From assembly GCA_963717145.1 (NCBI GenBank), contig OY970325.1:3232001-3296000 (forward strand): a DNA stretch of 64,000 bases, written 5' to 3'. Shown here piece after piece: positions 39,802 through 49,896 of this stretch. The notes below the pieces were generated by a model, which saw nothing but the letters and a program-made list of their open reading frames with translations, searched no databases and had not been told where the DNA came from. Position 1 is the first letter of the stretch, and each line of letters begins with the position of its first letter. Position numbers and translations under genes: made by a program. This stretch comes from an uncultured Armatimonadetes bacterium (GTDB taxonomy: Bacteria; Armatimonadota; UBA5829; DTJY01).

Positions 39802-42800
39802 ATGAAACGCTGGATCGTCGTAGTTGCCATCCTTGCATGCGCATTGTCTCTTGCCGCTCAGGAGCCGAGTTGGAAGACGCTGGAGAGGCAGTTCCGCGAG
39901 ATGCCGATGGAGGCGCGTCGGCTCACCGGGCCGCTGTTCTGGCTTCACGGCGACGCCAACGAAACCAAGGAGCGGCTCGAGTTGTACCTCGGCAAGGTCG
40001 CGGAGGGAGACAACGGGAGCTTCTGCGCGGAATCCCGCCCGCATTCCGACTGGCTCGGCCCTCGGTGGTTCGATGACCTCGATATCTGTCTCCAAGCCGC
40101 GAAGAAACTCGATCTGAAGATGTGGATCTTCGACGAGAAGTGGTGGCCGAGTCAGACGGTGGACGGCAAGGTCCCTCCCGAGTATGCCGCGAAGAAGCTG
40201 GAGGCGTCGGCGTCCGTGGTCGACGGCCCGACGCACGTGTCCGAGTCGGGCTTCCGCGAGCACTTTGTGGCGGCGATCGCCGGGAAGCTCATCGGCGAGG
40301 CGGTTGATCCGAACTCGCTCATCGACCTGAAGCCGTTCATCAAGGACGGCGCGCTCAACTGGGATGCGCCCGAGGGCAGGTGGCAGATCATGAAGTTCAC
40401 CTGGACACAGGCGCCGCCCGCGCAGCAGAGGCCGCAGTTGATCGTCGACGGCGCGAGCAAGGACTGCGTGGATTGGTTCCTCAAGACGGTCTACCAGCCG
40501 CACTACGACCGGTTCAAGGACGACTTCGGCAAGACGATCGTCGGGTTCTTCTACGACGAGCCGGAGACCCAGGGCGATTGGGGCACGGAACTGAGCGCGA
40601 CGTTCTCCGAGCGTGGGATCGACGAGAAGAAGGCGCTCGTGGCCTGGAAGTTCAAGCTCGCGGGCGAGGAGCAGACCGCCGCGCGGTATGCCTACATCGA
40701 TGCGCTGGGTGAGACCTGGGGCCGGACGATGTACGGCGGCACCCTCAAATGGTGTGAGGATCGAGGCGTCTCGTTCATCGGCCACTTCATGGAGCACAAC
40801 GGCCTCTACCTCAAGCATGGGCTCGGCGCGATCAACCTCTTCCAGATGCAGAAGTACAACTCGATGGGCGGCATGGACCTGGTCGTCCAGCAACTCTGGC
40901 CCGGAGAGCGCAGGGACGGGATCTATCAACTTCCGAAGCTGACCAGCTCGATCTCGCACGCATACGGCAAGAAGGATGACCTGGCGATGACCGAGATCTT
41001 CGGCGCATACGGCCAGGGGATCACCTACCCGCAGATGAAGTGGCTCGCGGACTGGCATCAGGTGCGCGGGGTGAACTTCATGATCCCACATTCGATGAAC
41101 CCGAAGGCACCGAACGATACCGACTGCCCACCTTACTTCTACGCCGACGACGCCGAGCCCCGATGGCCGCTCTATCGCGTCTGGTCCGATTACAACAACC
41201 GCCTGAGCCTGATGCTCACCGGCGGGAAGCACGTCTGCCCGATCGCCTTCCTGTTCTGCGGGGAGAGCACCTACGTCGGGAAGGCGGTCACCCCTGAGGA
41301 CATGACCACGACGATCCAGGACGCGCTCTACGACTGCGACTGGCTGCCATATGAAGTCTTCGAGGGCGACATGGAGGTCACGGGCAGGGAACTCGCGCTG
41401 CGGGATGAGCGGTACAAAGTGCTGATGGTGCCGCCGGTCGAAGCGATCCCCTACCCCACGCTCGTCAAGGTCAAGGAGTTTTTCGACGCCGGCGGAGTTG
41501 TCGTCGGCTACGACTTCCTTCCGAGCAAGTCGGCCACCAGCGGACGAACGATCGAGCCCCTCGTCAACTCGATCTGGGGATCCCGGGAGCCCGCATTGGC
41601 CGTGAAGAGGACGAACGGCAAGTTGGGCCGATCCTATCTACTGCCGGCGGACATCACTCCCAAGGAGTTCGCACGGGTGCTTGCGGATTTCCCAGGAGTC
41701 CCGCCGGTGATCGAGGTCGTCGAGGGCAAGACGGACAACTGGCTGCACGTGCTCCACCGTGTCAAATCCGGACGTGACGTCTACCTGATCTGCAACCAGC
41801 AGCACGAGGGAGAGGCCAAGCGTTTCCGTCTGCAGGCTGCTTGCGACGGATGGCCCGAGCGCTGGGACCCGATGCGCAATGAGGTCACGAGTGTGCCCAC
41901 TGAAACTGATGAGCATGGAGCAACGACATTCGAACTGACGCTTGAGCCGATGGAGAGCGCGCTGATCGTCTTCACCCGCGACGGCGGACCAGACAGGCCG
42001 CGCGCGATCACCTACTCGCAGCCGAAGTCGGTTATCCCCGTCACCCGCACGAACCCCGCCGGGCCGGAGGTCCGAGACTCGTCGCAGGATTTGTTCGAGT
42101 GCCCCTGGGTCTGGTACCCGGAGGGCGACCCTCGGGACAATGCATTCCCCGGCACACGGTGGTTCCGGACCGAGATCGAGATCCCGGCGGGACGGACGAT
42201 CACACAGGGGCGATTCCTCATCAGCGCCGACAACGAGTTCGTCTTGTACGTCAATGGAAAGCGCGCCGGGGCGAGTATCGCGGGCGGCGATTCATGGAAG
42301 ACGCCGCGCGACCTCCAGATCAAGAGGCTCCTGAAGCCGGGTGTGAACGTGCTTGCGATTGCGGCGACCAACGGCTCGGATGAGCCGAATCCCGCGGGAC
42401 TCATTGGCCGCTACTGGATCGGCCTCGATCAGGGCTCGCCGATCGAGGGACGGATCGATCGCACGTGGAGATGCTCCAACGTCGAGGTAAAGGGTCTGGC
42501 ACATCGCGGGATTCGATGCCAAGGGATGGCAGCCTGCGAAGGAGATCGCGAAGTACGGCGATGCTCCGTGGGGCATGGTCAGTCAGCGGATCAGCCCGGC
42601 GGACCCGTTCGTCGGCAAATGCACGGTGGGTTCGAAGGTGGACCTCAAACGCTCTCGCGTCTATCTCGAGATGGATGGAGTCCGCGAGGGGGCAAGCGTC
42701 AAGGTCAACGGCGTATTCGCGGGCGGAGTGATCGGCAAGCCGTTCCGCCTGGAGGTGTCGAAGTTCCTCCGACTCGGCGCGAACACGATCGAGATCGAGC

Positions 42801-42838
42801 CCTACGCGCCGGAGTCGGTACGCCTGGCGGTATACTGA
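39802..42838 (+). CDS. GH106 alpha-L-rhamnosidase-like secreted glycosidase; frameshift ~42492
   Basis: LFWLHG, WIFDEKWWPS, GFFYDEP and TEIFGAYG; C-terminal VKVNG...LRLGANTIEIE lies in a shifted frame. Confidence 0.7.
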
Positions 42839-42921
42839 GACCGGCTGCAGGGAACGTGCCGCCGTCCCGTTCCGCCGGCGGCGCAAACACAACGTTCGTG
42901 CCGGAGTTGTACTCCGGCACG

Positions 42922-44814
42922 TCACCCCTTGCTGTCCGCCACCCTGCCGAACGCGCCTGACAAGACATCGGAATCGATGATGCACTGCATCAGGTGGTGC
43001 TTCAGATCGGCATCGAGCGACTTGAACGGCACATTCGACGCCTCGTGAATCGCGCCCTGGTAGATCTTCCATCGCTGATACTGGTTCCTCTCCATCTCCG
43101 CGAGATCGAGGTAGGTCCTGGTGAGCAGAATCCGCGCATCGGGCGACGCTCCGAGCCTGACCGCGTTTTGCAGGCACGCGACCGCCTGGGCGATCTCCCC
43201 GGTCCTCAGGTACTCCCGCGCCGATCCGAGCCACGTCTCGGCGTTCCTCGCGGTCTTCTCCTGAGACAGCAGGCCGGTGACGTAGACCTGGTAGCTGCCG
43301 GACAGATCGCAGAGCACGGCGAGCTTCGTCCCGTCGGGCGACCACCGAGGCGTCTGCTTCCGGCCCACGACCGGCGGCATCGGCACGGTCTCGGCGATCT
43401 CTGGCCTATAGCCGGTGTAGGGCTTCATGGGATTCCGCTTCCCGGAGAGTGCGGTCAGCCGGATTGTCCAGCCGAAGGTTGGGATGTCCTCCATCGGCCT
43501 GCGATAGTCCCGCACGGCCGGCTTCGTCTCCTCTGCGCTCGCGATCACCTGTCTTGAGGGGTGCCATGCGAACGGCAGCGCGCGGGATGCCACCGGATGC
43601 GGGCTCGCAGGCCCGCTTGTAGGCTCGAACAGGTCCAAGGGACGGTATGTTGCCACAACATCAAAGTAGCCTCTTCCCAAAAACTCGATGGCGAGATATC
43701 GTCCATCGCATGACCAGGCACTCCGACCGTGTATTGTGTCCGTACCGTTGCAGTAGCTCAGCCGTTCCTTGCCGGTACGAAGGTCCAGAGCAAACACATA
43801 GCCATCGGGCTCTCCGCCACTGTTGGCGTAGGCAACAGTTTGGCTGTCGGGCGACCACGACAGGTACGAATCGTTCCAGCAATCGATCCTGCGGACGCCG
43901 CCTCCGCTCACACTGCTCAGTGTCACCAACGTCAGATATGCGAACTCACCCCGGAGTATCTGCCGTACGGAAACATAGCGCCCGTCCGGTGACCACTGCA
44001 CGTAGTCAGTGGCAGAGACCTTGGACGGCTTTGTTTCGACCTCCTCCCCGCTTTTGAGGTATTCGGCATGGTAGAGCCGATGCATCTTGTCGGTACCTGG
44101 GTCGAGCGTCCAGAGTTCGGTGCGCGTGGTGAAGCCCACGAGCCGGCTGTCGGGCGACCATGTGACGTCCGAGATCGGCTTGTCGAACTCGTGGAGTGTC
44201 TGCTCGGCGGTTTCGGTGTCCACGACCATTATCCCGCCCCAGACGACCGCAGCGACCGACTTCCGATCCGGCGAGAGGCAGGGGACGCTCGCCCGGGCCA
44301 TCGGAGCGCGTGCGAGGAGTTCCGGCGGGCCGTGGAGGTCTTTGCGGTAGATGCCCTTCAGCGTCGAGTAGACCAGCGTGTCGTCGTCGAGCCACTCGAA
44401 CCAGCGGACCTCATCGTCAGACTCGGTGACCTTCCGGGCGACGAGCGGTTGGAGCCATGCATGCGTCCCCTTCGGAACATAGTCTTCGGTCGGAACATCA
44501 TAGTTGGCGGTGATGATCGGCGGCGACTTCAGGGTGCGGCGGAACTCCTGCTCGAGTGGGGCGGCATCCGGGCGCGCGAGCGACTTGTCCCCCCTGAGCA
44601 GTTCCTCGACATCGCCCGGCCCGGCGGACCCCGATTTCAGTATCGCGGCGAGAATCTCGTCAGCCGATCTCGGCTTCGGCACGAATGACGGGGCGGTAGG
44701 CACTGTCTCCACCGGCTCGTACGCAGGCGCTCTGTGCGCGAGATGCCACGCGGCGGCGAAGGCGATCAGTACAACCAGAATACCGATCAGAACGGTACCG
44801 CGCGAGATACGCAT
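42922..44814 (-). CDS. Membrane-anchored TolB-like (PD40/WD40) beta-propeller protein with C-terminal TPR
   Basis: Repeated WSPD motifs, N-terminal TM helix, and a helical C-terminus (AVACLQNAVRL). Confidence 0.75.
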   Translation of the reverse strand: MRISRGTVLIGILVVLIAFAAAWHLAHRAPAYEPVETVPTAPSFVPKPRSADEILAAILKSGSAGPGDVEELLRGDKSLARPDAAPLEQEFRRTLKSPPIITANYDVPTEDYVPKGTHAWLQPLVARKVTESDDEVRWFEWLDDDTLVYSTLKGIYRKDLHGPPELLARAPMARASVPCLSPDRKSVAAVVWGGIMVVDTETAEQTLHEFDKPISDVTWSPDSRLVGFTTRTELWTLDPGTDKMHRLYHAEYLKSGEEVETKPSKVSATDYVQWSPDGRYVSVRQILRGEFAYLTLVTLSSVSGGGVRRIDCWNDSYLSWSPDSQTVAYANSGGEPDGYVFALDLRTGKERLSYCNGTDTIHGRSAWSCDGRYLAIEFLGRGYFDVVATYRPLDLFEPTSGPASPHPVASRALPFAWHPSRQVIASAEETKPAVRDYRRPMEDIPTFGWTIRLTALSGKRNPMKPYTGYRPEIAETVPMPPVVGRKQTPRWSPDGTKLAVLCDLSGSYQVYVTGLLSQEKTARNAETWLGSAREYLRTGEIAQAVACLQNAVRLGASPDARILLTRTYLDLAEMERNQYQRWKIYQGAIHEASNVPFKSLDADLKHHLMQCIIDSDVLSGAFGRVADSKG

Positions 44815-44977
44815 GGTCGTCGCCTCCTGAAATGGCTTACGTCCATATATTCCCGGAAGTTTCAGACCACAGACACCATGGCGCCCAAGATGTCCCCCTT
44901 GCGAAGGGGGACCGGCCTCTGGGCCGAGGGGGTCTGCTCTCTCGCGGGGCAGGAGATCGGCGGGGGCTCGCCTAAGT

Positions 44978-46771
44978 GTGGAGTATCCACATCCCAGGAA
45001 GGTTGTTTTGACTAGACTTACGCTGATCTCGCTGACCGTTGCCGTACTGCTCGCCGGGCGCCTGTTGTCCGATGGTTCGCCGGAACTCAAGTTCAAAGAG
45101 GACTTCATCCGCGGGCTGGCCGCCGCCGTGCCGGGTATCATGAAGACTCAGGACCCGAAGTCCGGGCGCTTCGGGACGGGGATCTGGATCGTGACCGATC
45201 AGAACGTGATGTTCACCCTGGCGGTCGCTTGGGCCACTGAGTCCCCCGATAACCCGTATCACCACGATCAGAAAGTCCTCTACTCCATCGTCATCGCCGG
45301 TGATGCGCTGATCGAGGATGCCGACGTGAACGGCCAGTGGGAGTTTCGCAAGAAAGACGGCTCGACCTGGGGCAAGATATACATGCCGTGGACGTACGCC
45401 GCCTGGATCAGATCGTACGCACTTGTGCGCGAGGGCATGACGACCGAGGAGCGGAAGCGCTGGGACGAGGCTCTCATCCACGGATACACGAATATCTCGA
45501 AGACGCAGCTTGCGAAGGTCCACAACATCCCGGCGTTCCACGCGATGGGGCTCTACATCGCCGGAAGGGTTTTCGACCGACCGGAATGGCGCGATCAGGC
45601 GAAGGAGTTCCTCGGCAAGGTCATCGCCGAGCAGGATCCCGCCGGTTTCTGGTCGGAGAACTACGGACCGGTGGTCATGTACGGCTCGGTGTACACCAGC
45701 GCGCTCGGGATATACTACGCGGTCTCGCGCGACGAGTCGGTCATGCCCGCACTGGAGCGCGCTACCGGCTTCTACGCGAACTTCATCTACCCGAACGGAG
45801 CGGCGATCGAGACGGTCGACGAACGCAATCCGTACCACGGGTCCGTGCGCTGGCCGAACGTTTCATTTACACTCACTCCCGAGGGACGCGGCTTCGTCAG
45901 CCGGCAGAAGGACCTCCTGGCGCGGAAGGACCTGCCGATCTCGGCCGACAACATGGCGGACTACATCGCCTACGGGCAGGAGGGCTCGACAGCGTTGACG
46001 GCGGCGCAGGAGATCGACCGGACGTTCGTGCTGAGCGATGGGCAGGCGCTGATCCGGCGAAAGGGGCCGTGGTTCGCCTGCCTCTCCTCCTACTGCTGCT
46101 CGATCCCTAAGAGCCGCTGGATTCAGGACCGCCAGAACCTGGTGAGCATCTACCACGACAAGTGCGGGCTGATCCTCGGCGGTGGGAACACCAAACTCCA
46201 ACCGCTGTGGAGCAACTTCACGGTCGGCGACATCTCGCTCCTGACGCACAAGCCGGGCGACATCGCGCCGAACTTCACGCCGACGGGACCGCTCTTCCAC
46301 GTGCCGTCGGAGGCGTCGATCAAGCAGGACGATCCGGTCGGGCTGAACCTGACCTACGGCGAGGAGCGCTGCCACATCTTCATCGAGCCGATCGATGACG
46401 ACACGGCGCTCATCCACATGCGATCGACCTTGCGCTCGGGGATGCCGATCGAGGGGCACATCACGCTCATTCCGCACCTCGGTCAGACGCTACGTACCGG
46501 GAAGGCTACCGAGCGGATCCTGGGCGAGGACGCGTTCACCCTGACGAGCGAGGAGGCCGGCGGATGGATCGCACACGGTGGATGGAGGCTCTCACTGCCG
46601 GAGGGGTCGAAGGTGATCTGGCCGGCGCTCCCGCACAATCCGTATCGCAAGGACGGCTCGGCAACCGCGGGAGAGGGGCGGATCGTGATCTCGCTGCCCT
46701 TCTCGCCGGACCATGAGGAATATGTGCTCGAGATGGAGATCGGTGACCGATCACCGATTACAGATCACTGA
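44978..46771 (+). CDS. Secreted hypothetical protein, probable (alpha/alpha)-barrel plus beta-sandwich carbohydrate enzyme
   Basis: 597-aa ORF with genome-typical codon usage; signal peptide; helical N-half with QDPxGxW repeats. Confidence 0.55.
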   Translation: MEYPHPRKVVLTRLTLISLTVAVLLAGRLLSDGSPELKFKEDFIRGLAAAVPGIMKTQDPKSGRFGTGIWIVTDQNVMFTLAVAWATESPDNPYHHDQKVLYSIVIAGDALIEDADVNGQWEFRKKDGSTWGKIYMPWTYAAWIRSYALVREGMTTEERKRWDEALIHGYTNISKTQLAKVHNIPAFHAMGLYIAGRVFDRPEWRDQAKEFLGKVIAEQDPAGFWSENYGPVVMYGSVYTSALGIYYAVSRDESVMPALERATGFYANFIYPNGAAIETVDERNPYHGSVRWPNVSFTLTPEGRGFVSRQKDLLARKDLPISADNMADYIAYGQEGSTALTAAQEIDRTFVLSDGQALIRRKGPWFACLSSYCCSIPKSRWIQDRQNLVSIYHDKCGLILGGGNTKLQPLWSNFTVGDISLLTHKPGDIAPNFTPTGPLFHVPSEASIKQDDPVGLNLTYGEERCHIFIEPIDDDTALIHMRSTLRSGMPIEGHITLIPHLGQTLRTGKATERILGEDAFTLTSEEAGGWIAHGGWRLSLPEGSKVIWPALPHNPYRKDGSATAGEGRIVISLPFSPDHEEYVLEMEIGDRSPITDH

Positions 46772-46803
46772 TTACCGATGACCGATCACTGATTACTGAT
46801 CAC
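46741..46803. repeat. Heptamer tandem repeat (ACCGATC/ACTGATT-like)n overlapping two convergent stop codons
   Basis: About 8 degenerate 7-mer units. Confidence 0.8.
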
Positions 46804-47300
46804 TTCCGCCTCACCTGGTAGCGGATGTACACCTTCCGTTCGGAAGCGTTCGGGCGGGTGACGTACTCCTCCTCGTGCATGCCGGCGATCTCGCAGCCAC
46901 TCGACTCGATGAAAGAGCGCAGATACTCGATGGTCGGGCCTTCCTCACTGAACGGGCCGACGTGGAGTATCTGGGCGATCATGCCGTACTCCCATACCTC
47001 GATCCGCACCTCGGGCCGCTCGACCTTCGCGGGCAGCTCAGTCGTGCCGTCGGGGATCGGGAACGCCCATGAGACGGCCCTCGGGACCGCATCATCCCAT
47101 CGGGCGCGGAGGGCATGCACGCTGAAGTCGTCCTTGCCCTCTTTCCGAAGCTGGAATTTCAGGCCGTAGACCGCGCCATACAGCGCCTGGAGCACGTCCT
47201 CGTCTACCTCGCTCGGGACGCCCCTGCGATCCACTACGGCCATGGTGTACGACGGCAAGTCGAATATCCTCGGCTCCTTGAACCGCTCTTCTCCGGGCAT
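46800..47300 (-). CDS. GyrI-like small-molecule-binding protein
   Basis: ALYGAVYGLKF, QILHVGPFSEEGPTI and GMHEEEY. Confidence 0.8.
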   Translation of the reverse strand: MPGEERFKEPRIFDLPSYTMAVVDRRGVPSEVDEDVLQALYGAVYGLKFQLRKEGKDDFSVHALRARWDDAVPRAVSWAFPIPDGTTELPAKVERPEVRIEVWEYGMIAQILHVGPFSEEGPTIEYLRSFIESSGCEIAGMHEEEYVTRPNASERKVYIRYQVRRK

Positions 47301-47459
47301 AGAGGTCACCTCCTGCAGGAGTCCGACCGGGCGGGCGTTGAAGCCCGCCCCTACAGAATGCGTTACACATGAGGCGGCGCGTCTCCTCCCGTTGGGAGGC
47401 GATCGGCCGACTGATGGAGAAGATCAAGTTGTGAAACAAACACCTGGAGAGGACACATA

Positions 47460-48431
47460 TTGAACAGGCATTTCGAACCACTACGGCCCAACCGCTTCGC
47501 GGGCGTGAACGACCGATACGAGTTCGCGCACGGGACGAACTCCGTGTGCGCGTACGATATCGGCACGCTGGACTTCGTGAAGGAGATTCCGGTCGGGATC
47601 GAGCCGGATTGCCATGCGACGTCGATGAGCAACCGGTGGCTCTACATGGCATGCGCCGACGGCCTGTGGTGCATCGACCAGGAGTCGCTCGAAGTGGCGA
47701 AGGTGCTGGACACCGGCCACGTCTACGCCACCAACGTCATGCCCGATGGGGACACGATGCTCCTGCACGACGCGTTCGGCGGGATCTTCGTCCTCAAGGG
47801 CATCGAGGACATGGACCGCATCCATATCGACAGACGGCTCGACGTGCTCGGGACGAATACGTGCCGCGACACGCTCGGCGGCAAGGGGCACTTCATCGAC
47901 GGCGGACGATACTATCTCTGCGCGGCGTGGAATCATGGGAAGCTGTTCACCGTCGATATGGAGAACGATTACGCGGTCGAGACGTTCATGGGCACTCAGG
48001 CGGAGTTGGCGATGGGCGACGACCTGGTGGTCAGCCGCAACAAATCGAAGGCATACGTCGCATGCTACCACTCACAAAGCTGGCTCGCGGTGGTCGATGT
48101 CACCCGGCGCGAGGTGATCAAGACGATCCCGACCGGTTCCGGATCGTGCGGTCTGACGATGACCAACGACGAGCGGTACGTCATCGCGTCGAACGATCAG
48201 GACGACTCCATCAGCGTGATCGACACGGAGATCGACGAGGTGGTCGCCACTCCGTGTACGCGTGAAGGCTTCGATAACCTCGGAATCACCGGCTACATCC
48301 AAGGGATCAGCATCGGGCGGAACGATGAGGTCTACGTCTACGGCTGCTCGGGAAACGGCGCGCTCGTGCGGTTCACAGATATTGCATCGAGCGGCACTTG
48401 GAGGATATCGTATCCCGGAGGGAAGCTGTGA
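47460..48431 (+). CDS. YncE/YVTN-type beta-propeller protein
   Basis: KEIPVG, VVDVTRREVIKTIPTG and SISVIDT repeats. Confidence 0.75.
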   Translation: MNRHFEPLRPNRFAGVNDRYEFAHGTNSVCAYDIGTLDFVKEIPVGIEPDCHATSMSNRWLYMACADGLWCIDQESLEVAKVLDTGHVYATNVMPDGDTMLLHDAFGGIFVLKGIEDMDRIHIDRRLDVLGTNTCRDTLGGKGHFIDGGRYYLCAAWNHGKLFTVDMENDYAVETFMGTQAELAMGDDLVVSRNKSKAYVACYHSQSWLAVVDVTRREVIKTIPTGSGSCGLTMTNDERYVIASNDQDDSISVIDTEIDEVVATPCTREGFDNLGITGYIQGISIGRNDEVYVYGCSGNGALVRFTDIASSGTWRISYPGGKL

Positions 48432-49780
48432 CAAGACTCAGATCGGCACTAATCACGGTGGGATGCATGCTCATCGCAGCAGTTAGCGCATCGGCCGGGA
48501 TGCCGGAGCGCGTGGTGCTCGATAACGGGCTGGTGGTGATACTCGCGCCCATTGCCGGATCGGGCCAGGTGGCGATCGAGTCGTTCTACCGGACGGGGTT
48601 TGTCGACGAACCGGAGGGAATGCCTCAAGCGTCACACCTGGTCGAGCATCTGGTCTGCCAGTCCGCTACCAAGAGCTTCAAGGCCGGCGAGTCCTTCGAA
48701 CTGCTCAATGCGGGCCGCATGACGAATGCCGAGACGATGGCCTGTTTCACTCACTTCGACTACGAGATACCGTCCGCCGACCTCGAACTGGCGCTTCAGG
48801 TCGAGGGCGAACGGCTCTCCAGTCTCAGCATCACCCAGGATGTCATCAGCAGGGAACTGCCCAAGTGCTACGCGGAGGCCGCTCAGGTCGAACGCAACCC
48901 AGAGTTGGACATGTACAAGTTCGCCTTCGCCGCGCTCGGACAGGCGTGGCGGTACAAGGTGACCTCGGCCACGGTGAAGTCGGGCCTTGAAAAAGCACCC
49001 CTCATGAAGATCGATGAGTACCACAAGTCGCGGTACCAGCCATCCGGGGCGGTCCTGACCCTGGTCGGGGACTTCGATCGCGTCGGGGCGCTCGCCATGG
49101 CGAAGAAGTACCTGGGGAACATCCCCTCGCAGAAACTCGTTCCGGCGAAACCGATCGAATGGGAGAAGCTGCCGAGCAGGACCGAGGTGAAATGGGATTC
49201 CGGCCTGCGGGCGGTCTGCATCGCATTCCGTCCCGCCGGCGATGCGACCGACCGGCATCTGCTTCACACATGGGGAGGGGTCATTTCGCCGAAGCTCGCA
49301 TCCGACGAACAGATCACCAAGCTGGCGGACTTCGTCACCTGCTCGGACCCCGTCTGGACCTTGAACAGCCTGCCGTTCTTCATCTATGCCGTCCCGAAGC
49401 CGGCGGTCAGCATCGACGATCTGAGGAAGGCGCTGGAGTCGCACCTGACCGAGATGCTCTCGCAGCCTCAGACGAAAGATGATCTCGCTCAGGTGATCGC
49501 CATTGCCCAGCAGATCGGGAAGGCACCCGTACCCGCGAGGGAGGTGATCGTCGATGCGGCAAAGCAGATGTATCCCCTGTTGAACGCGAAGCAGGGGGAA
49601 ACGATGGTGATGGGCCAGATCGCGCTGGAGTTCGGCTTCGAGGAACTGATCACGCGCGGCGACCCGAACTACCTCTCATCCTCGGTGGGGAAGACTCCGG
49701 ATGCCGTCGTGGCTCGTCTCAAGGAGATGCTCGATCCAGGCAGGGAGTTCGTCACTGTGATACTGCCGATAAGTCAATAG
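48428..49780 (+). CDS. M16 (insulinase) family metallopeptidase
   Basis: LDNGLVV, SHLVEH (HxxEH), NAET and YQPSGAVLTLVGDFD. Confidence 0.8.
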   Translation: MTRLRSALITVGCMLIAAVSASAGMPERVVLDNGLVVILAPIAGSGQVAIESFYRTGFVDEPEGMPQASHLVEHLVCQSATKSFKAGESFELLNAGRMTNAETMACFTHFDYEIPSADLELALQVEGERLSSLSITQDVISRELPKCYAEAAQVERNPELDMYKFAFAALGQAWRYKVTSATVKSGLEKAPLMKIDEYHKSRYQPSGAVLTLVGDFDRVGALAMAKKYLGNIPSQKLVPAKPIEWEKLPSRTEVKWDSGLRAVCIAFRPAGDATDRHLLHTWGGVISPKLASDEQITKLADFVTCSDPVWTLNSLPFFIYAVPKPAVSIDDLRKALESHLTEMLSQPQTKDDLAQVIAIAQQIGKAPVPAREVIVDAAKQMYPLLNAKQGETMVMGQIALEFGFEELITRGDPNYLSSSVGKTPDAVVARLKEMLDPGREFVTVILPISQ

Positions 49781-49896
49781 GCTGATGTATCCGAAGCCGG
49801 CCACCCATTTCGCCTTAACACCGATTTAAAGGAATTCCGGCGAGAGCGTCGAATCATTGATCCGTACCTGAGCACAGCACTGATCGGAGTACGGCA

